From the IMG/VR virus record IMGVR_UViG_2671180473_000007: a stretch of DNA of 43,998 bases. The stretch is one strand, 5' to 3'. Below the pieces are notes generated by a model. It did no database searches and was not told the DNA's origin. It saw nothing but the letters and a program-made list of their open reading frames with translations. Shown here piece by piece: positions 25,926-35,115 of the stretch. The position numbers were made by a program, and so were the translations under genes. This DNA comes from a virus (Duplodnaviria > Heunggongvirae > Uroviricota > Caudoviricetes). Every line of letters begins with the position of its first letter. Position 1 is the first letter of the stretch.

Positions 25926-27257
25926 TTAATCAATTTGTCCTTCCAGCACCTCAAGCATTCCGCCCCGGATATCCGATTTCAGCTTATCCATATTGATAAC
26001 CCGGTAAGCATTCACAATCACATCCAGTTTGTCGGGCTGACGTTTCAGACTGTACGGTGCATTAACGGCAATCTGCACACTGCCATCCTGATTTTCCACG
26101 ATATACATCAGATTGTTGTGCCGTTTGTCCCACAGTACCGCTTTTGGCCTTGCCAGCATTGCCGGTAAGCGCCCGAAGTCCTCCGGCGTCAGAGCGATGC
26201 CGTCATTCTGATGTTTCACACTGTCCGCATGGAGCACATTTTTACCGCTCATCGCCAGCAGGCGGGCCGGTGGCGTTCCCGTCCGGCTTTCCACTGCCTG
26301 CGCAATGCTTTCAGTCATAAAGCCCAGCGTGCGGATATCGTTACCACCTCGCCGGGTCTGCATGATGTTTTTTGCCCAGATGCGGAACGCCAGCTGCCGC
26401 TCCGGGCTGTTGTTCATCTCCTGAACCACCATTTCCCGTAACGCCGGGCTTTTCACCTCGATCAGTTTGCGGATCAGCGCCTGGTCTGTGCCGAACGCTG
26501 CCGAGCCGGGGTTATATGACCAGCCCACATCCGGTGTCATGGTTCTGGCGCCATCTGAATATGTGGTCACCGGCATTTCTCTGACTTCTCCGGTCTGTTT
26601 ATCCACGCCAGCCTCAACATTGCGGGTGGAGAGATGATCCTCACCGGATGAAACGGATAACCCCATTGCATCCAGACGGGCCTGAGACAATGGCCGCACA
26701 CGGCAGCGGCAGTTCCAGCCATTGGGCGGGTAGTGTGTTTTCCAGAACGGATCGTCATAGCGGAATACCAGACCGTTAAGGGCGGAATGCGACGGGCGGG
26801 TACGGCTGTCCATGACCGCCACATACTGCCAGAACGGATGCGTGTCCGTGTTGTTCATCATCTGCGTGTAACGCCCGGCATTGTAAGCCACACGGGTGTT
26901 CACGTTGTAAATCAGCGCCAGACGACGGGGACTGCCCTGCTGCACTTCTTCCGCGTTACCGTCGCTGTCCACCACAATCTGCTTTCCCCACCATCCCAGC
27001 TTTTGCAGGCGTGGCGTCAGTGTGCGGATAAATTCTTTCTGTGAAATCCCCTCATCAATGGCCCGCTGCACTTCGGCCTGTAATGTGGTTACCACATCCA
27101 GCCGTGCCGTTTTTGCTGCCGTGAATGAGCGGGCATGAACATCCGCGTCTGTTTCGAACCAGTTCCAGCTGATATGCGCCCCTTTGGCGCGGAAGTATGC
27201 CACCGTCTCTTTTGAGGGAAGCGTGGCGGCATAACCTAAATCAATCCCCTGAGCCAT
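25926..27257 (-). CDS. Head morphogenesis protein (Mu F-like)
   Basis: 443-aa ORF downstream of the portal gene. Confidence 0.7.
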   Translation of the reverse strand: MAQGIDLGYAATLPSKETVAYFRAKGAHISWNWFETDADVHARSFTAAKTARLDVVTTLQAEVQRAIDEGISQKEFIRTLTPRLQKLGWWGKQIVVDSDGNAEEVQQGSPRRLALIYNVNTRVAYNAGRYTQMMNNTDTHPFWQYVAVMDSRTRPSHSALNGLVFRYDDPFWKTHYPPNGWNCRCRVRPLSQARLDAMGLSVSSGEDHLSTRNVEAGVDKQTGEVREMPVTTYSDGARTMTPDVGWSYNPGSAAFGTDQALIRKLIEVKSPALREMVVQEMNNSPERQLAFRIWAKNIMQTRRGGNDIRTLGFMTESIAQAVESRTGTPPARLLAMSGKNVLHADSVKHQNDGIALTPEDFGRLPAMLARPKAVLWDKRHNNLMYIVENQDGSVQIAVNAPYSLKRQPDKLDVIVNAYRVINMDKLKSDIRGGMLEVLEGQID

Positions 27258-28830
27258 CCAGCATCCCCTTCATTTCCGCAGCAAACATGGCATCACTGAG
27301 CAGCGTCATCAGGCGGGAATCATCCATTTCACGGTAAAGGGCAGGCAGGTCTGCCAGTGCCTCCGCCAGCCCCCGCGTTCTGATGACATCAATGACCGGC
27401 TCCAGCACCGGATCGATGGCCTCCTGTAAGCGGCGGGCAGGCACCGCGTCCCCCATGTCGTCCAGTTCATCACGCGGCGTGTTTTTCGCTTCCGGCAGTC
27501 GGGCTGAAAGCGCCGTCTGTTCTGTCTTTTCCTGTTTTTCCGGTAGCGTTTCCCTGTCAGGCATGGCCGGTTCATTACTGCTCTGACGGACACGGAATAT
27601 GGCTTCACCGGGCGTGGGCTGTGGAATACCGGTCTGATCCCGTACCCAGGGATCAGGAATATCCATCCCCGCACTGAGTTGCATCACCGCACTGGCTATT
27701 TTGGTGATATCCCCCGGTTCTTTGGTCTGGAAACAGATACGCGGCAGGCGACGGATATCAATGGCGTGGGCGGTGTTCAGGGCATACAGCGGATACACCA
27801 GATCGCGGTTCAGGGTTGCAGCCAGCTGGCGTAAATCAGAATCCCTGATTTCCCGGCGCACCTCGTTATGCACCTCACCCAGCGAGCGCGCGCCTTTGTC
27901 TCCGGCTTCTGTGGTCAGCGTGCCGCCGAGTATTGCTTTGGAGATGGAACGCTCACCCCACGAAATCATGGTTTCAAACGGATCGGCCTGACCGTTCGCT
28001 GCCGCCTGAAACTCCAGCGACATCCCGGCCGGGATGATCCCGCCTGTACGTCGCCCGATATCCATCACCGCCCGCATCAGGGCACTTTTCTGCTCCGGTG
28101 TTGCCCCGGACGGGTATTTCCCGACCTTCATTGGCAGGCCGTACACCTCCAGAAATTCCGCCAGATCGCGCACGGAATAGTTTTTGAAAATGAACGGCCA
28201 GATAAGCGTTCTGACAAGCCCCGTCGCACCACCGTAGCCGGTGCGTGAACGCGACTGATGCACTATCCAGCCAAAGGGCTGAAACGCCACCCCGGCATGG
28301 CTGCCGTCACGCAGCCGCAGTTCGCTCAAATCATCCGGGTTAAGGCAGAAATGCCCGCTGTCACGCCAGCGGATGGCGCGGATGATGTGCATTTTACCGA
28401 GCATCCCGTGCTCAATTTCCATGCAGGAATAGCCCTTCAGGATGGCATCCGTGGCGTCAAACAGCATGGCATCAAACCAGTCTGCGGAATGCAGATATTC
28501 GTCGAGCATTTCCGCGTCCTTTTTCTCATTCGCGCTGGCGTTCGGTGGCGGCTCAATACTCCATGGCACCCCCTGAATGGCAAGACGTCGCTTGCCCAGC
28601 TCCGCAAAAAGGTGGGTGTCCTTTTCTTCAATATCAGCGGCCAGATCGGACTGGGCAATCAGATCGCCACGTTCAGCCCCGCGAAGGCACTGCGCCGCCC
28701 GGTTCGGGGTGATACCCGAAGCCGGATGTTCAATATAACGGCTGGCAATCTGCGGAATATCCAGCGCGGCACTCTGCATCTCCGGGTCAAAGGAGAAAGG
28801 TTTTCCGTCAGTATCAATGATGCGTCCCAC
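27241..28830 (-). CDS. Portal protein (Mu gp29-like)
   Basis: 529-aa ORF directly downstream of the terminase large subunit. Confidence 0.75.
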   Translation of the reverse strand: MGRIIDTDGKPFSFDPEMQSAALDIPQIASRYIEHPASGITPNRAAQCLRGAERGDLIAQSDLAADIEEKDTHLFAELGKRRLAIQGVPWSIEPPPNASANEKKDAEMLDEYLHSADWFDAMLFDATDAILKGYSCMEIEHGMLGKMHIIRAIRWRDSGHFCLNPDDLSELRLRDGSHAGVAFQPFGWIVHQSRSRTGYGGATGLVRTLIWPFIFKNYSVRDLAEFLEVYGLPMKVGKYPSGATPEQKSALMRAVMDIGRRTGGIIPAGMSLEFQAAANGQADPFETMISWGERSISKAILGGTLTTEAGDKGARSLGEVHNEVRREIRDSDLRQLAATLNRDLVYPLYALNTAHAIDIRRLPRICFQTKEPGDITKIASAVMQLSAGMDIPDPWVRDQTGIPQPTPGEAIFRVRQSSNEPAMPDRETLPEKQEKTEQTALSARLPEAKNTPRDELDDMGDAVPARRLQEAIDPVLEPVIDVIRTRGLAEALADLPALYREMDDSRLMTLLSDAMFAAEMKGMLDGSGD

Positions 28831-30497
28831 TACCAGCCCCCCCGATCAAATTCATGATATGCCTCATCGTCATCACGATAACCGCCCTCCATTGCCCGCG
28901 ACCGCTCCTGTAGCGCCTGACAGGCTGATTCATCCAGGATGAAGCCCTCCATGTATGACGCCCGGTTTGCCATACAGAGCGCCACGGCAAAATCACCATG
29001 GCGGCGGGCGTTCGCAGCCGTTGCGTTCTGGTCCTTCGTGCGCCCCTTGTCGATTTGCGGGATACCATTCACTACCTTCACATGGCGCAAATCATCAAGC
29101 GTGGTCTGATGGCGGGCGACGAGGATATTCTGATCTTCAAACTCGGCTTTCAGTTTTGGCATCCACTCGCCGTACCACTTCGGCGACAACATCACGCAGT
29201 CGATGATGTCCGGGCCAAAGGCCAGCAGTGCGGCCTCTGCCAGATAGCCGCCGTTACCGGTGGCGTCGAACGCCGCACCGACCAGCGCCGGAACGCGGGT
29301 CAGGATGTACATCATCACCTGTTCCTGCTGGGCATACGGCAGGTTGCGCAGCTCCACGCGAAACACCTCGCGCTTTGCCAGGGATTCGGTGATTTCCAGC
29401 AGCACAAAGCAGGACAGGTCACCGGTGCGGGCAAAGTCTTCCCCGAAGCTGAAGCGGGAACGGGGATTTAATTTCTCTAAAAGCGGTTTTAAATGTTCTT
29501 CACACCAGGTTAAAACTTCCGATTCACGCAGCCATGCGGCACGGCTGATGAAGTTGTCCGGGGCTTCAAACGTCAGAATCGGGATGTCGCGGATCATCGC
29601 CATTTCAATAAGCGCGTGGGGGATATAGGCACCGCCGGATTTTTTCGGGATACAGCCGTATTCCTCGTCGGCATCCTCACGGGTCGGGGCGTTTTTGTAG
29701 AGATCATCACGCCATTTCTGCTCGCTTTCCGGTGACCATTCCTGATCGGTGACGTAACAGATACGACGGTACAGCCCGTCCGCAATGGCATCATCCAGGG
29801 TTATGCGGTGGACGCTGTAATCCTTGCGCCCCTCGCGGGCTTCCTGAATGTACTGATTAAACAGATTATCGACGCCGTTATGCGTGGAGATAATACGCAC
29901 GCGCGCGCCCCACATAGTGAGCGCCATTGCCGCCTTGAGAAGCTCATCCAGTGACTCGTGGAACGCGGCTTCATCAATCACCACATCCCCCTGAAGGCCG
30001 CGCAGGTTTGACGGACGGGAAGACAATGCCTGAATTTTGAATCCACTGTTCGGAAAGCGGATCATGTAGGTCAAAATTTCTTCTTTTTTATCCCGATCCC
30101 AGAATGTCTGCTCATACACATCAGCATCTGCCAGCTGGTTAAAGGCACGGGAGAACAGCGCGCAGGCAGAAATATATTCCAGCGCCATCTCCTGCTTTGA
30201 TCCCACATAAAACACATTGCGGCCACCACGACGCTTCGGTTTTGCAGCAGTAATGACGTTACGCCCGGCTTCCGCCCAGGTAAGACCGGTGCGGCGGGAT
30301 TTCTCCGCGATGCAGACCTGACTTTCATCTGCAAACCAGCGGGCCTGATAATCCAGAAACACCGGCATATCACCGGGCAAATCAAGGCTGTCCGGCACAT
30401 CCACGCCCAGCAGGGCTTTTTCACCTGACAGATCAATTTTGCGGGGAGGCGTCATTTGCATCAGTGAAGGCGACGTTTCTCTGGCTTTGTTCATCAT
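28830..30497 (-). CDS. Terminase large subunit
   Basis: 555-aa ORF with a VFYVGSKQE P-loop-like segment and acidic blocks, followed by the portal gene. Confidence 0.8.
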   Translation of the reverse strand: MMNKARETSPSLMQMTPPRKIDLSGEKALLGVDVPDSLDLPGDMPVFLDYQARWFADESQVCIAEKSRRTGLTWAEAGRNVITAAKPKRRGGRNVFYVGSKQEMALEYISACALFSRAFNQLADADVYEQTFWDRDKKEEILTYMIRFPNSGFKIQALSSRPSNLRGLQGDVVIDEAAFHESLDELLKAAMALTMWGARVRIISTHNGVDNLFNQYIQEAREGRKDYSVHRITLDDAIADGLYRRICYVTDQEWSPESEQKWRDDLYKNAPTREDADEEYGCIPKKSGGAYIPHALIEMAMIRDIPILTFEAPDNFISRAAWLRESEVLTWCEEHLKPLLEKLNPRSRFSFGEDFARTGDLSCFVLLEITESLAKREVFRVELRNLPYAQQEQVMMYILTRVPALVGAAFDATGNGGYLAEAALLAFGPDIIDCVMLSPKWYGEWMPKLKAEFEDQNILVARHQTTLDDLRHVKVVNGIPQIDKGRTKDQNATAANARRHGDFAVALCMANRASYMEGFILDESACQALQERSRAMEGGYRDDDEAYHEFDRGGW

Positions 30498-30742
30498 GCT
30501 TTACCTGTCAGAATGCTTTTGATTCGGGACTCAAGCTCTTCAGTCATCACGTCCACGCCGCTCAACTCATCAGTGGCAGCCTCTGCCAGCAGCGAATGCA
30601 GTTGTTCCAGGGATATTTCCCCGGCAATGCTGAGTTCAGTCAACTCACGACATACCTTTATGGTTTCAGGAGGTAACTGTGTTGCAAGACTGAATGCTTT
30701 CTGATGGGCACTGCTCATCAGTGAGCGGTTATCTGTTGCCAT
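30494..30742 (-). CDS. Small protein resembling the C-terminus of the upstream gp27-like protein
   Basis: 82-aa ORF ending ...DELSGVDVMTEELESRIKSILTGKA, paralleling ...DELRGVDGMSEQIEFRIRQMLLGKA at the end of 30753..31334. Confidence 0.5.
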   Translation of the reverse strand: MATDNRSLMSSAHQKAFSLATQLPPETIKVCRELTELSIAGEISLEQLHSLLAEAATDELSGVDVMTEELESRIKSILTGKA

Positions 30743-30752
30743 GATTCACCTC

Positions 30753-31334
30753 CTACGCCTTACCCAGCAGCATCTGCCTGATACGGAATTCGATCTGCTC
30801 GCTCATGCCATCCACGCCGCGCAACTCATCGGTGACCGCATTCGCCATCTCTTCAGCAAATGCGGCCCGGATTTCTTTTTCACGCTTAATGCTGCGCTCG
30901 GCGGCACTTTCTGCACGCTGTGCCGACAGGAGGATGTCCTTAATAAGGCGCATATCCACATCGCTGTCGCTGTTCAGGGATTCGGTGGCGGCACGCAGAC
31001 GGCGGTACATCAGGGCACGGGACATCTCCAGAATCAGTGCCGTGGTTTCACCGGTCGGCTTATCCCCCAGTTCGGCCATCATGGCTTTTGTCTGCTCGCG
31101 TAAATCACGCAGATTACGGGCAATCAGCTCATTACGGGAGGCTTCCCGGCTGATGGCCGCCGGTGAGAGCTGCTGCTCTTCCGGCAGACCTGCTTCACGG
31201 ATCAGACGGTTGATTTCCTCGCGGATCTGGACCTGCGTCAGACGTTTTTCACGCAGCATTTCCAGCAGCGGCTTACGGATGCTGTCGGGGAGCAAATCCA
31301 CCTTGCGTACACGGCCACGCGCTGGCTTATCCAT
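30753..31334 (-). CDS. Putative terminase small subunit (Mu gp27-like)
   Basis: 193-aa ORF immediately upstream of the terminase large subunit. Confidence 0.55.
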   Translation of the reverse strand: MDKPARGRVRKVDLLPDSIRKPLLEMLREKRLTQVQIREEINRLIREAGLPEEQQLSPAAISREASRNELIARNLRDLREQTKAMMAELGDKPTGETTALILEMSRALMYRRLRAATESLNSDSDVDMRLIKDILLSAQRAESAAERSIKREKEIRAAFAEEMANAVTDELRGVDGMSEQIEFRIRQMLLGKA

Positions 31335-31336
31335 CG

Positions 31337-31627
31337 TTACCCCCTTGCGCGTGGTTTCTTCACACCCGGAACGGTGGCGCGGCCTTCCGCCACATCCTGA
31401 CCCCGGCCGGTCAGTTCAGCGATGAAATAACCGTTAACAAGCGTGCGCTTACGCACCAGTCCCTGCTCGGCAAGCCAGGCAATGTGGGTATGAACGGTGT
31501 CGCGGGACACGCGGTGACCGTAATCATCCAGGCAGTCCTGAAGCACGGATTCGCCCAGTTCGCCGTTGTAATCCGCCAGCGACCGCAGAATGACAAGACG
31601 CTGATCTTCAGTAATGAAATCACTCAT
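31337..31627 (-). CDS. Hypothetical protein (Mu gp26 position)
   Basis: 96-aa ORF between lysis-region genes and the terminase small subunit. Confidence 0.45.
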   Translation of the reverse strand: MSDFITEDQRLVILRSLADYNGELGESVLQDCLDDYGHRVSRDTVHTHIAWLAEQGLVRKRTLVNGYFIAELTGRGQDVAEGRATVPGVKKPRARG

Positions 31628-31931
31628 TGTGTTTTTTCCTTACAGCCTGCTCCAGCAGCAGTTCGTTCTGATGGGAGACGGATTTCAGGGTGGCATTGGT
31701 GGCCTTAAGCTCACCGCGCAGGGTGGTGATTTCGATATTGAGTCTGTTCACCTCCTGCTGCGTGGGCAGGCCGGAAATCCGGCTCTCCACCCGCTCAACC
31801 CGGTCGGAGAGTTTTTCAAAGGCCTCGCGGGGGACAAAGGTTTTGCGCATCAGCGCCATGAAGATCCCCCCGGCTGTGGCCGTTGCCGACAGGATCGGCA
31901 CGACATAATCTTTAACGATGCTGACCCACAT
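31620..31931 (-). CDS. Membrane-anchored protein (Mu gp25-like)
   Basis: 103-aa ORF with N-terminal hydrophobic helix VVPILSATATAGGIFMALM followed by a coiled-coil-like region. Confidence 0.45.
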   Translation of the reverse strand: MWVSIVKDYVVPILSATATAGGIFMALMRKTFVPREAFEKLSDRVERVESRISGLPTQQEVNRLNIEITTLRGELKATNATLKSVSHQNELLLEQAVRKKHNE

Positions 31932-32139
31932 GACCGGCCTCCATGATGTTCTGGCAGTTCACACAACGGATGGCATCCGGCACGGCAACCAGACGGGCAG
32001 CCGGAATGTCACCCCCGCAGTCCGCGCATACACGCCTGCCCGGTGTCTCCGCCACCCGGCGCTTACGTGTCAGCCGGTCACAAAGGGCGCGTTCTGTTGC
32101 ACGCTCCATGACTGCCTGAGCACAATCTGAATCATCCAT
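31912..32139 (-). CDS. TraR/DksA-family C4 zinc-finger protein
   Basis: ORF track 31912..32205 trimmed to MDDSDCAQAVMERA...; CADCGGDIPAARL...CVNC four-cysteine motif. Confidence 0.6.
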   Translation of the reverse strand: MDDSDCAQAVMERATERALCDRLTRKRRVAETPGRRVCADCGGDIPAARLVAVPDAIRCVNCQNIMEAGHVGQHR

Positions 32140-32149
32140 ACCTTTTTCC

Positions 32150-32521
32150 TTACTTCGTCTTTCCTGCCGGAACAGCAGTCGTTCCGGCCATATCAGTAAA
32201 TTCATGCTGTCGCTGTGTCTCCAGACGGCGGATGCTGGCCTTGTCCACGTTGCAGTTTTTAATCACCGCCAGCAGTTGCAGGTTGTAAGTGACCGATGCA
32301 CCAAACGTGAACGGCTGCGGCGCGGGAGGGACCAGGCAGTCAGCCAGCCATTCAGCGGGGATCGGCACCGGCTTCACCGGCACGTATTTCACAGACGGCC
32401 CGCCGCACCCGGTCAGCCACATCATCAGGCACAGGCACAGCGGCAGCAGGCACCGTTGCCAGTGACCGGCGGACAATGCTCTGCTGTTCCTCGCTGTGCT
32501 GCATGTTCTGCTGTTTTTCAT
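32150..32521 (-). CDS. Outer-membrane spanin (o-spanin, lipoprotein)
   Basis: ORF track 32150..32632; lipobox LTGC followed by a Pro-rich mature region; overlaps the 3' part of the i-spanin gene in another frame. Start uncertain. Confidence 0.55.
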   Translation of the reverse strand: MKNSRTCSTARNSRALSAGHWQRCLLPLCLCLMMWLTGCGGPSVKYVPVKPVPIPAEWLADCLVPPAPQPFTFGASVTYNLQLLAVIKNCNVDKASIRRLETQRQHEFTDMAGTTAVPAGKTK

Positions 32522-32702
32522 TCGTGGCCGCCTTGCTGATTTGTGAAATGAGTTGCAGGGTGCGTTGCTGGTTTGCCAGCACCAGACGGGCTTCGTCCCG
32601 TTCACGCACAAGCACATGATTATTGTCCTCAAGGCGCTGCGTCTTCTGGTGCATTCCCCATACCACGGCAGCCAGCACGCTCATCACCCCCAGCGCCGCC
32701 AT
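32352..32702 (-). CDS. Inner-membrane spanin (i-spanin)
   Basis: ORF track 32352..32873 trimmed to the ATG at 32702 (GGAGG 4 nt upstream): MAALGVMSVLAAVVWGM N-terminal TM then coiled-coil periplasmic domain. Confidence 0.6.
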   Translation of the reverse strand: MAALGVMSVLAAVVWGMHQKTQRLEDNNHVLVRERDEARLVLANQQRTLQLISQISKAATNEKQQNMQHSEEQQSIVRRSLATVPAAAVPVPDDVADRVRRAVCEIRAGEAGADPR

Positions 32703-32814
32703 ACAGCCTCCGGCAATCAGGGCCGGTAAGGGATTGTTCACCGCAGACACAGCACACCCCGCAGCAGCACAACGGCACACAGCAGCGCAATCATGAGCGG
32801 TCGCCAGAAGCGGT

Positions 32815-33315
32815 TCAGACTTTCGGCAAATCGTAACGACATAACCATTCATCCGCCGAACGGCGGGCCTCAAGACCGGGGAGTTTTACCCCCTTTGAAT
32901 AAATCCAGCGGATATACTGCTTACAGGACGCGGGCATCTGCCCGGCATTGATAAGGCGCAGGAGCGTGGAGTTGCGAAAGTTCGTTTCACCGGCCCAGAA
33001 AATCCAGGAGGCCAGCGCCACCGTCTGACCACGGGTAAGCGGCACCTGAACATGACGATCGATAGCCGCAAAGGCCCATTTCATGTCCTTTTCCAGCAGC
33101 TCCAGACACTCTTCATCAGTTTTTGTCATCCCCGGTTTCACATCCGGGCCGGTATGGCCGTAACAGATGGTGGGGGTGCCGGTGGGATCAATGTACGTGG
33201 TGTTTTCTTTCCCTTCCCAGTAGCCGGTGTAGTGCGTGGCAATGGTGAACGTCCCGGCTCCGGCCAGAACAAGGGCAATCAGCTTTTTACGCAGGGGTGC
33301 GGGGAGTTTTGGCAT
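32815..33315 (-). CDS. SAR-endolysin (lysozyme with N-terminal signal-anchor-release domain)
   Basis: 166-aa ORF; N-terminal weakly hydrophobic, Gly/Ala-rich segment LIALVLAGAGTFTIATHYTGYWEG followed by a lysozyme-like domain (ICYGHTG, NFRNSTLLRLINAG) resembling P21-type SAR endolysins. Confidence 0.8.
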   Translation of the reverse strand: MPKLPAPLRKKLIALVLAGAGTFTIATHYTGYWEGKENTTYIDPTGTPTICYGHTGPDVKPGMTKTDEECLELLEKDMKWAFAAIDRHVQVPLTRGQTVALASWIFWAGETNFRNSTLLRLINAGQMPASCKQYIRWIYSKGVKLPGLEARRSADEWLCRYDLPKV

Positions 33316-33386
33316 TGTTACGCTGTCTCATGGTGTTCTCTGAGTCAGCGTAACCGTGAGGAAAAGGGGGCAGGATTTGCGGAATA

Positions 33387-33809
33387 TCAGAAAAGCCGTG
33401 GCTGCGTGCGTTCCTGATGCAGGCGACGCTGGTTGCGGATAACGGAGTAAATCTGCGTCTCTGACATCTGGTAGTGGCGGCGCAGGGTTTCAATTTTTTC
33501 GCCCTGGCTCCAGCGGGAAAAAATTTCATTATTGCGCAGTTCGGTGAAAAGGGATTCACCGACCGGGAGATAATAACCACGCCCGCCCATGTACCCGGCC
33601 TGTGCGGCTGCAACCTTACGGGCAAGCATTCCCGCCTGAGCAGGTTCAATCCCCTGACGGTGCAGTTCAGCACTGATCACATCAACCAGGTCCCGCAGCG
33701 TGCCGGGCCAGTTCTTTTTCAGCTCATCATCAGGAATATCATCCAGACGGTCAATCAGCGCGTGCAGCTGTTCGCTGTCACCAAACATGCTCATCTGTGT
33801 TTCAGCCAT
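33387..33809 (-). CDS. Mor/C-family transcriptional activator (late-gene activator candidate)
   Basis: 140-aa ORF with C-terminal HTH-like region ...LRRHYQMSETQIYSVIRNQRR, directly upstream of the lysis genes. Confidence 0.7.
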   Translation of the reverse strand: MAETQMSMFGDSEQLHALIDRLDDIPDDELKKNWPGTLRDLVDVISAELHRQGIEPAQAGMLARKVAAAQAGYMGGRGYYLPVGESLFTELRNNEIFSRWSQGEKIETLRRHYQMSETQIYSVIRNQRRLHQERTQPRLF

Positions 33810-33879
33810 ACCCGCCTCCGGTCATCATTACACAGGGCAAGTTTAAAATAAAAATCCCGCGCTGTGGCGGGATTTGGGG

Positions 33880-34392
33880 TTAACGGGGGAATGATTTTTC
33901 ATACAGCCTGCAAACACGCTCATAACTCATCACTGCACGTTCCGACATATCCAGGGCTGCCAGCATTTTGCGGCGGTGCCAGCGTTTGAGACGCTCCAGC
34001 ACATCAGAGGCCAGCGCGGGTTGTTGCTCCAGCCACTGCCAGTTAGCCACACCTTCGCCGTCGTTCTGCGCGGCCGTCTGCGATTTCACCCAGCGGTTAA
34101 GGGCCGTTTCCCCGCCATCAGAGATAAATCCCTGCCGGTGCATCACTTTCCAGATGGCGCGAATTTTGGCGGTCACCGTACCCGGTTTTAAGGCCCGGTT
34201 AACCGGCTTCTGACGCACTTTAAAACCGCGTTTTTTGAAAACATCCAGCACGCGGGATAACTCACCGGGTGACATATCACGGCAACTGGATTTGCCGGTG
34301 GCTGCCAGCAGCGCGGATGTATAGGTATCATGGTCAAGCTGTAGATCGCGTTTTGCGACATGTATTAAGGTAATCAGGGAAGCGCGATTCAT
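33880..34392 (-). CDS. gemA: GemA-like regulatory protein (Mu gp16 family)
   Basis: 170-aa ORF immediately upstream of the Mor/C-family gene. Confidence 0.6.
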   Translation of the reverse strand: MNRASLITLIHVAKRDLQLDHDTYTSALLAATGKSSCRDMSPGELSRVLDVFKKRGFKVRQKPVNRALKPGTVTAKIRAIWKVMHRQGFISDGGETALNRWVKSQTAAQNDGEGVANWQWLEQQPALASDVLERLKRWHRRKMLAALDMSERAVMSYERVCRLYEKSFPR

Positions 34393-34403
34393 TATCGTGG
34401 CTC

Positions 34404-34434
34404 CATAAAAAATGGGCGGTGTTACCGCACCGCC
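34404..34434 (-). terminator. Rho-independent terminator (minus strand) inside the early region
   Basis: Perfect 7-bp stem ggcggtg/caccgcc (34415-34421/34428-34434), loop ttaccg, followed on the minus strand by auuuuuuau (plus-strand ataaaaaat 34405-34413). Confidence 0.55.
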
Positions 34435-34462
34435 ATGTCAATTAACATAAAAGGAAAAATCT

Positions 34463-34702
34463 ATGTCAGATATAAAAAATGCACTTGATGTTGCCGCATT
34501 CACAATGGCTGGAAATCTTATGGTAACCCTGTTCGATAAGGGGCTGATTTCCCGTGAGGAGGCAATACATATTATCAATCTCGCTCAAAAAAACTCTACC
34601 CCGGAAAATGCAGAAGATATCCAGGATGGCTCATATATTAATACCGACTGGCATTTCGACAATCTCCGGGCCTGTATGGGGATTACCGCTGAAAAAGATT
34701 AA
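34463..34702 (+). CDS. Hypothetical protein (79 aa), opposite strand to the phage early operon
   Basis: ATG with AAAAGGAAAAA RBS; AT-rich local composition; convergent with and overlapping 34683..34970 by 20 nt. Confidence 0.45.
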   Translation: MSDIKNALDVAAFTMAGNLMVTLFDKGLISREEAIHIINLAQKNSTPENAEDIQDGSYINTDWHFDNLRACMGITAEKD

Positions 34703-34970
34703 AAATTTTTGCATAATGTTCAGATGTAAGAATTGCTGAACCATCAACACCGAGCCTACGGCGAACGTATTCCTCGCGGGCTATTTTATTATCCAGAGAT
34801 ACAGCATCCTTAATCAGGTTAATCTCCCGCTCCATTATCAAAAGGGCTTCTCTGGCTGCAAGATTTTCTTTTATCGCATATTCGATAATGTCCCGCATAC
34901 GTTCAAGCATGCCGATTTTAGCCAGTTCTTCGTCGATAGATTTAGGCGCAAATTTGATTTCTTTTTCCAT
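34683..34970 (-). CDS. Hypothetical protein (95 aa)
   Basis: ORF track 34683..34985 trimmed to the ATG at 34970, coupled to the upstream small ORF stop (TAATATG) with AGGA upstream; AT-rich. Confidence 0.5.
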   Translation of the reverse strand: MEKEIKFAPKSIDEELAKIGMLERMRDIIEYAIKENLAAREALLIMEREINLIKDAVSLDNKIAREEYVRRRLGVDGSAILTSEHYAKIFNLFQR

Positions 34971-34971
34971 A

Positions 34972-35115
34972 TTATTCATCCTCACAATTTATACATGCAG
35001 TGTCGTCGCCCATATCGCAGTGGTTACATTTTATCTCACCACAATGTGGGCACTCTTTCAGATACTCCGGGTCCTCATTTCCACAGGTGGGACATTCAAC
35101 AATTTGCTCATCCAT
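34972..35115 (-). CDS. Small Cys-rich zinc-ribbon-like protein (47 aa), absent from the ORF track
   Basis: My translation: MDEQIVECPTCGNEDPEYLKECPHCGEIKCNHCDMGDDTACINCEDE (eight Cys in CxxC-type pairs); start overlaps upstream stop (ATGGATGA), stop overlaps downstream start. Confidence 0.5.
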   Translation of the reverse strand: MDEQIVECPTCGNEDPEYLKECPHCGEIKCNHCDMGDDTACINCEDE

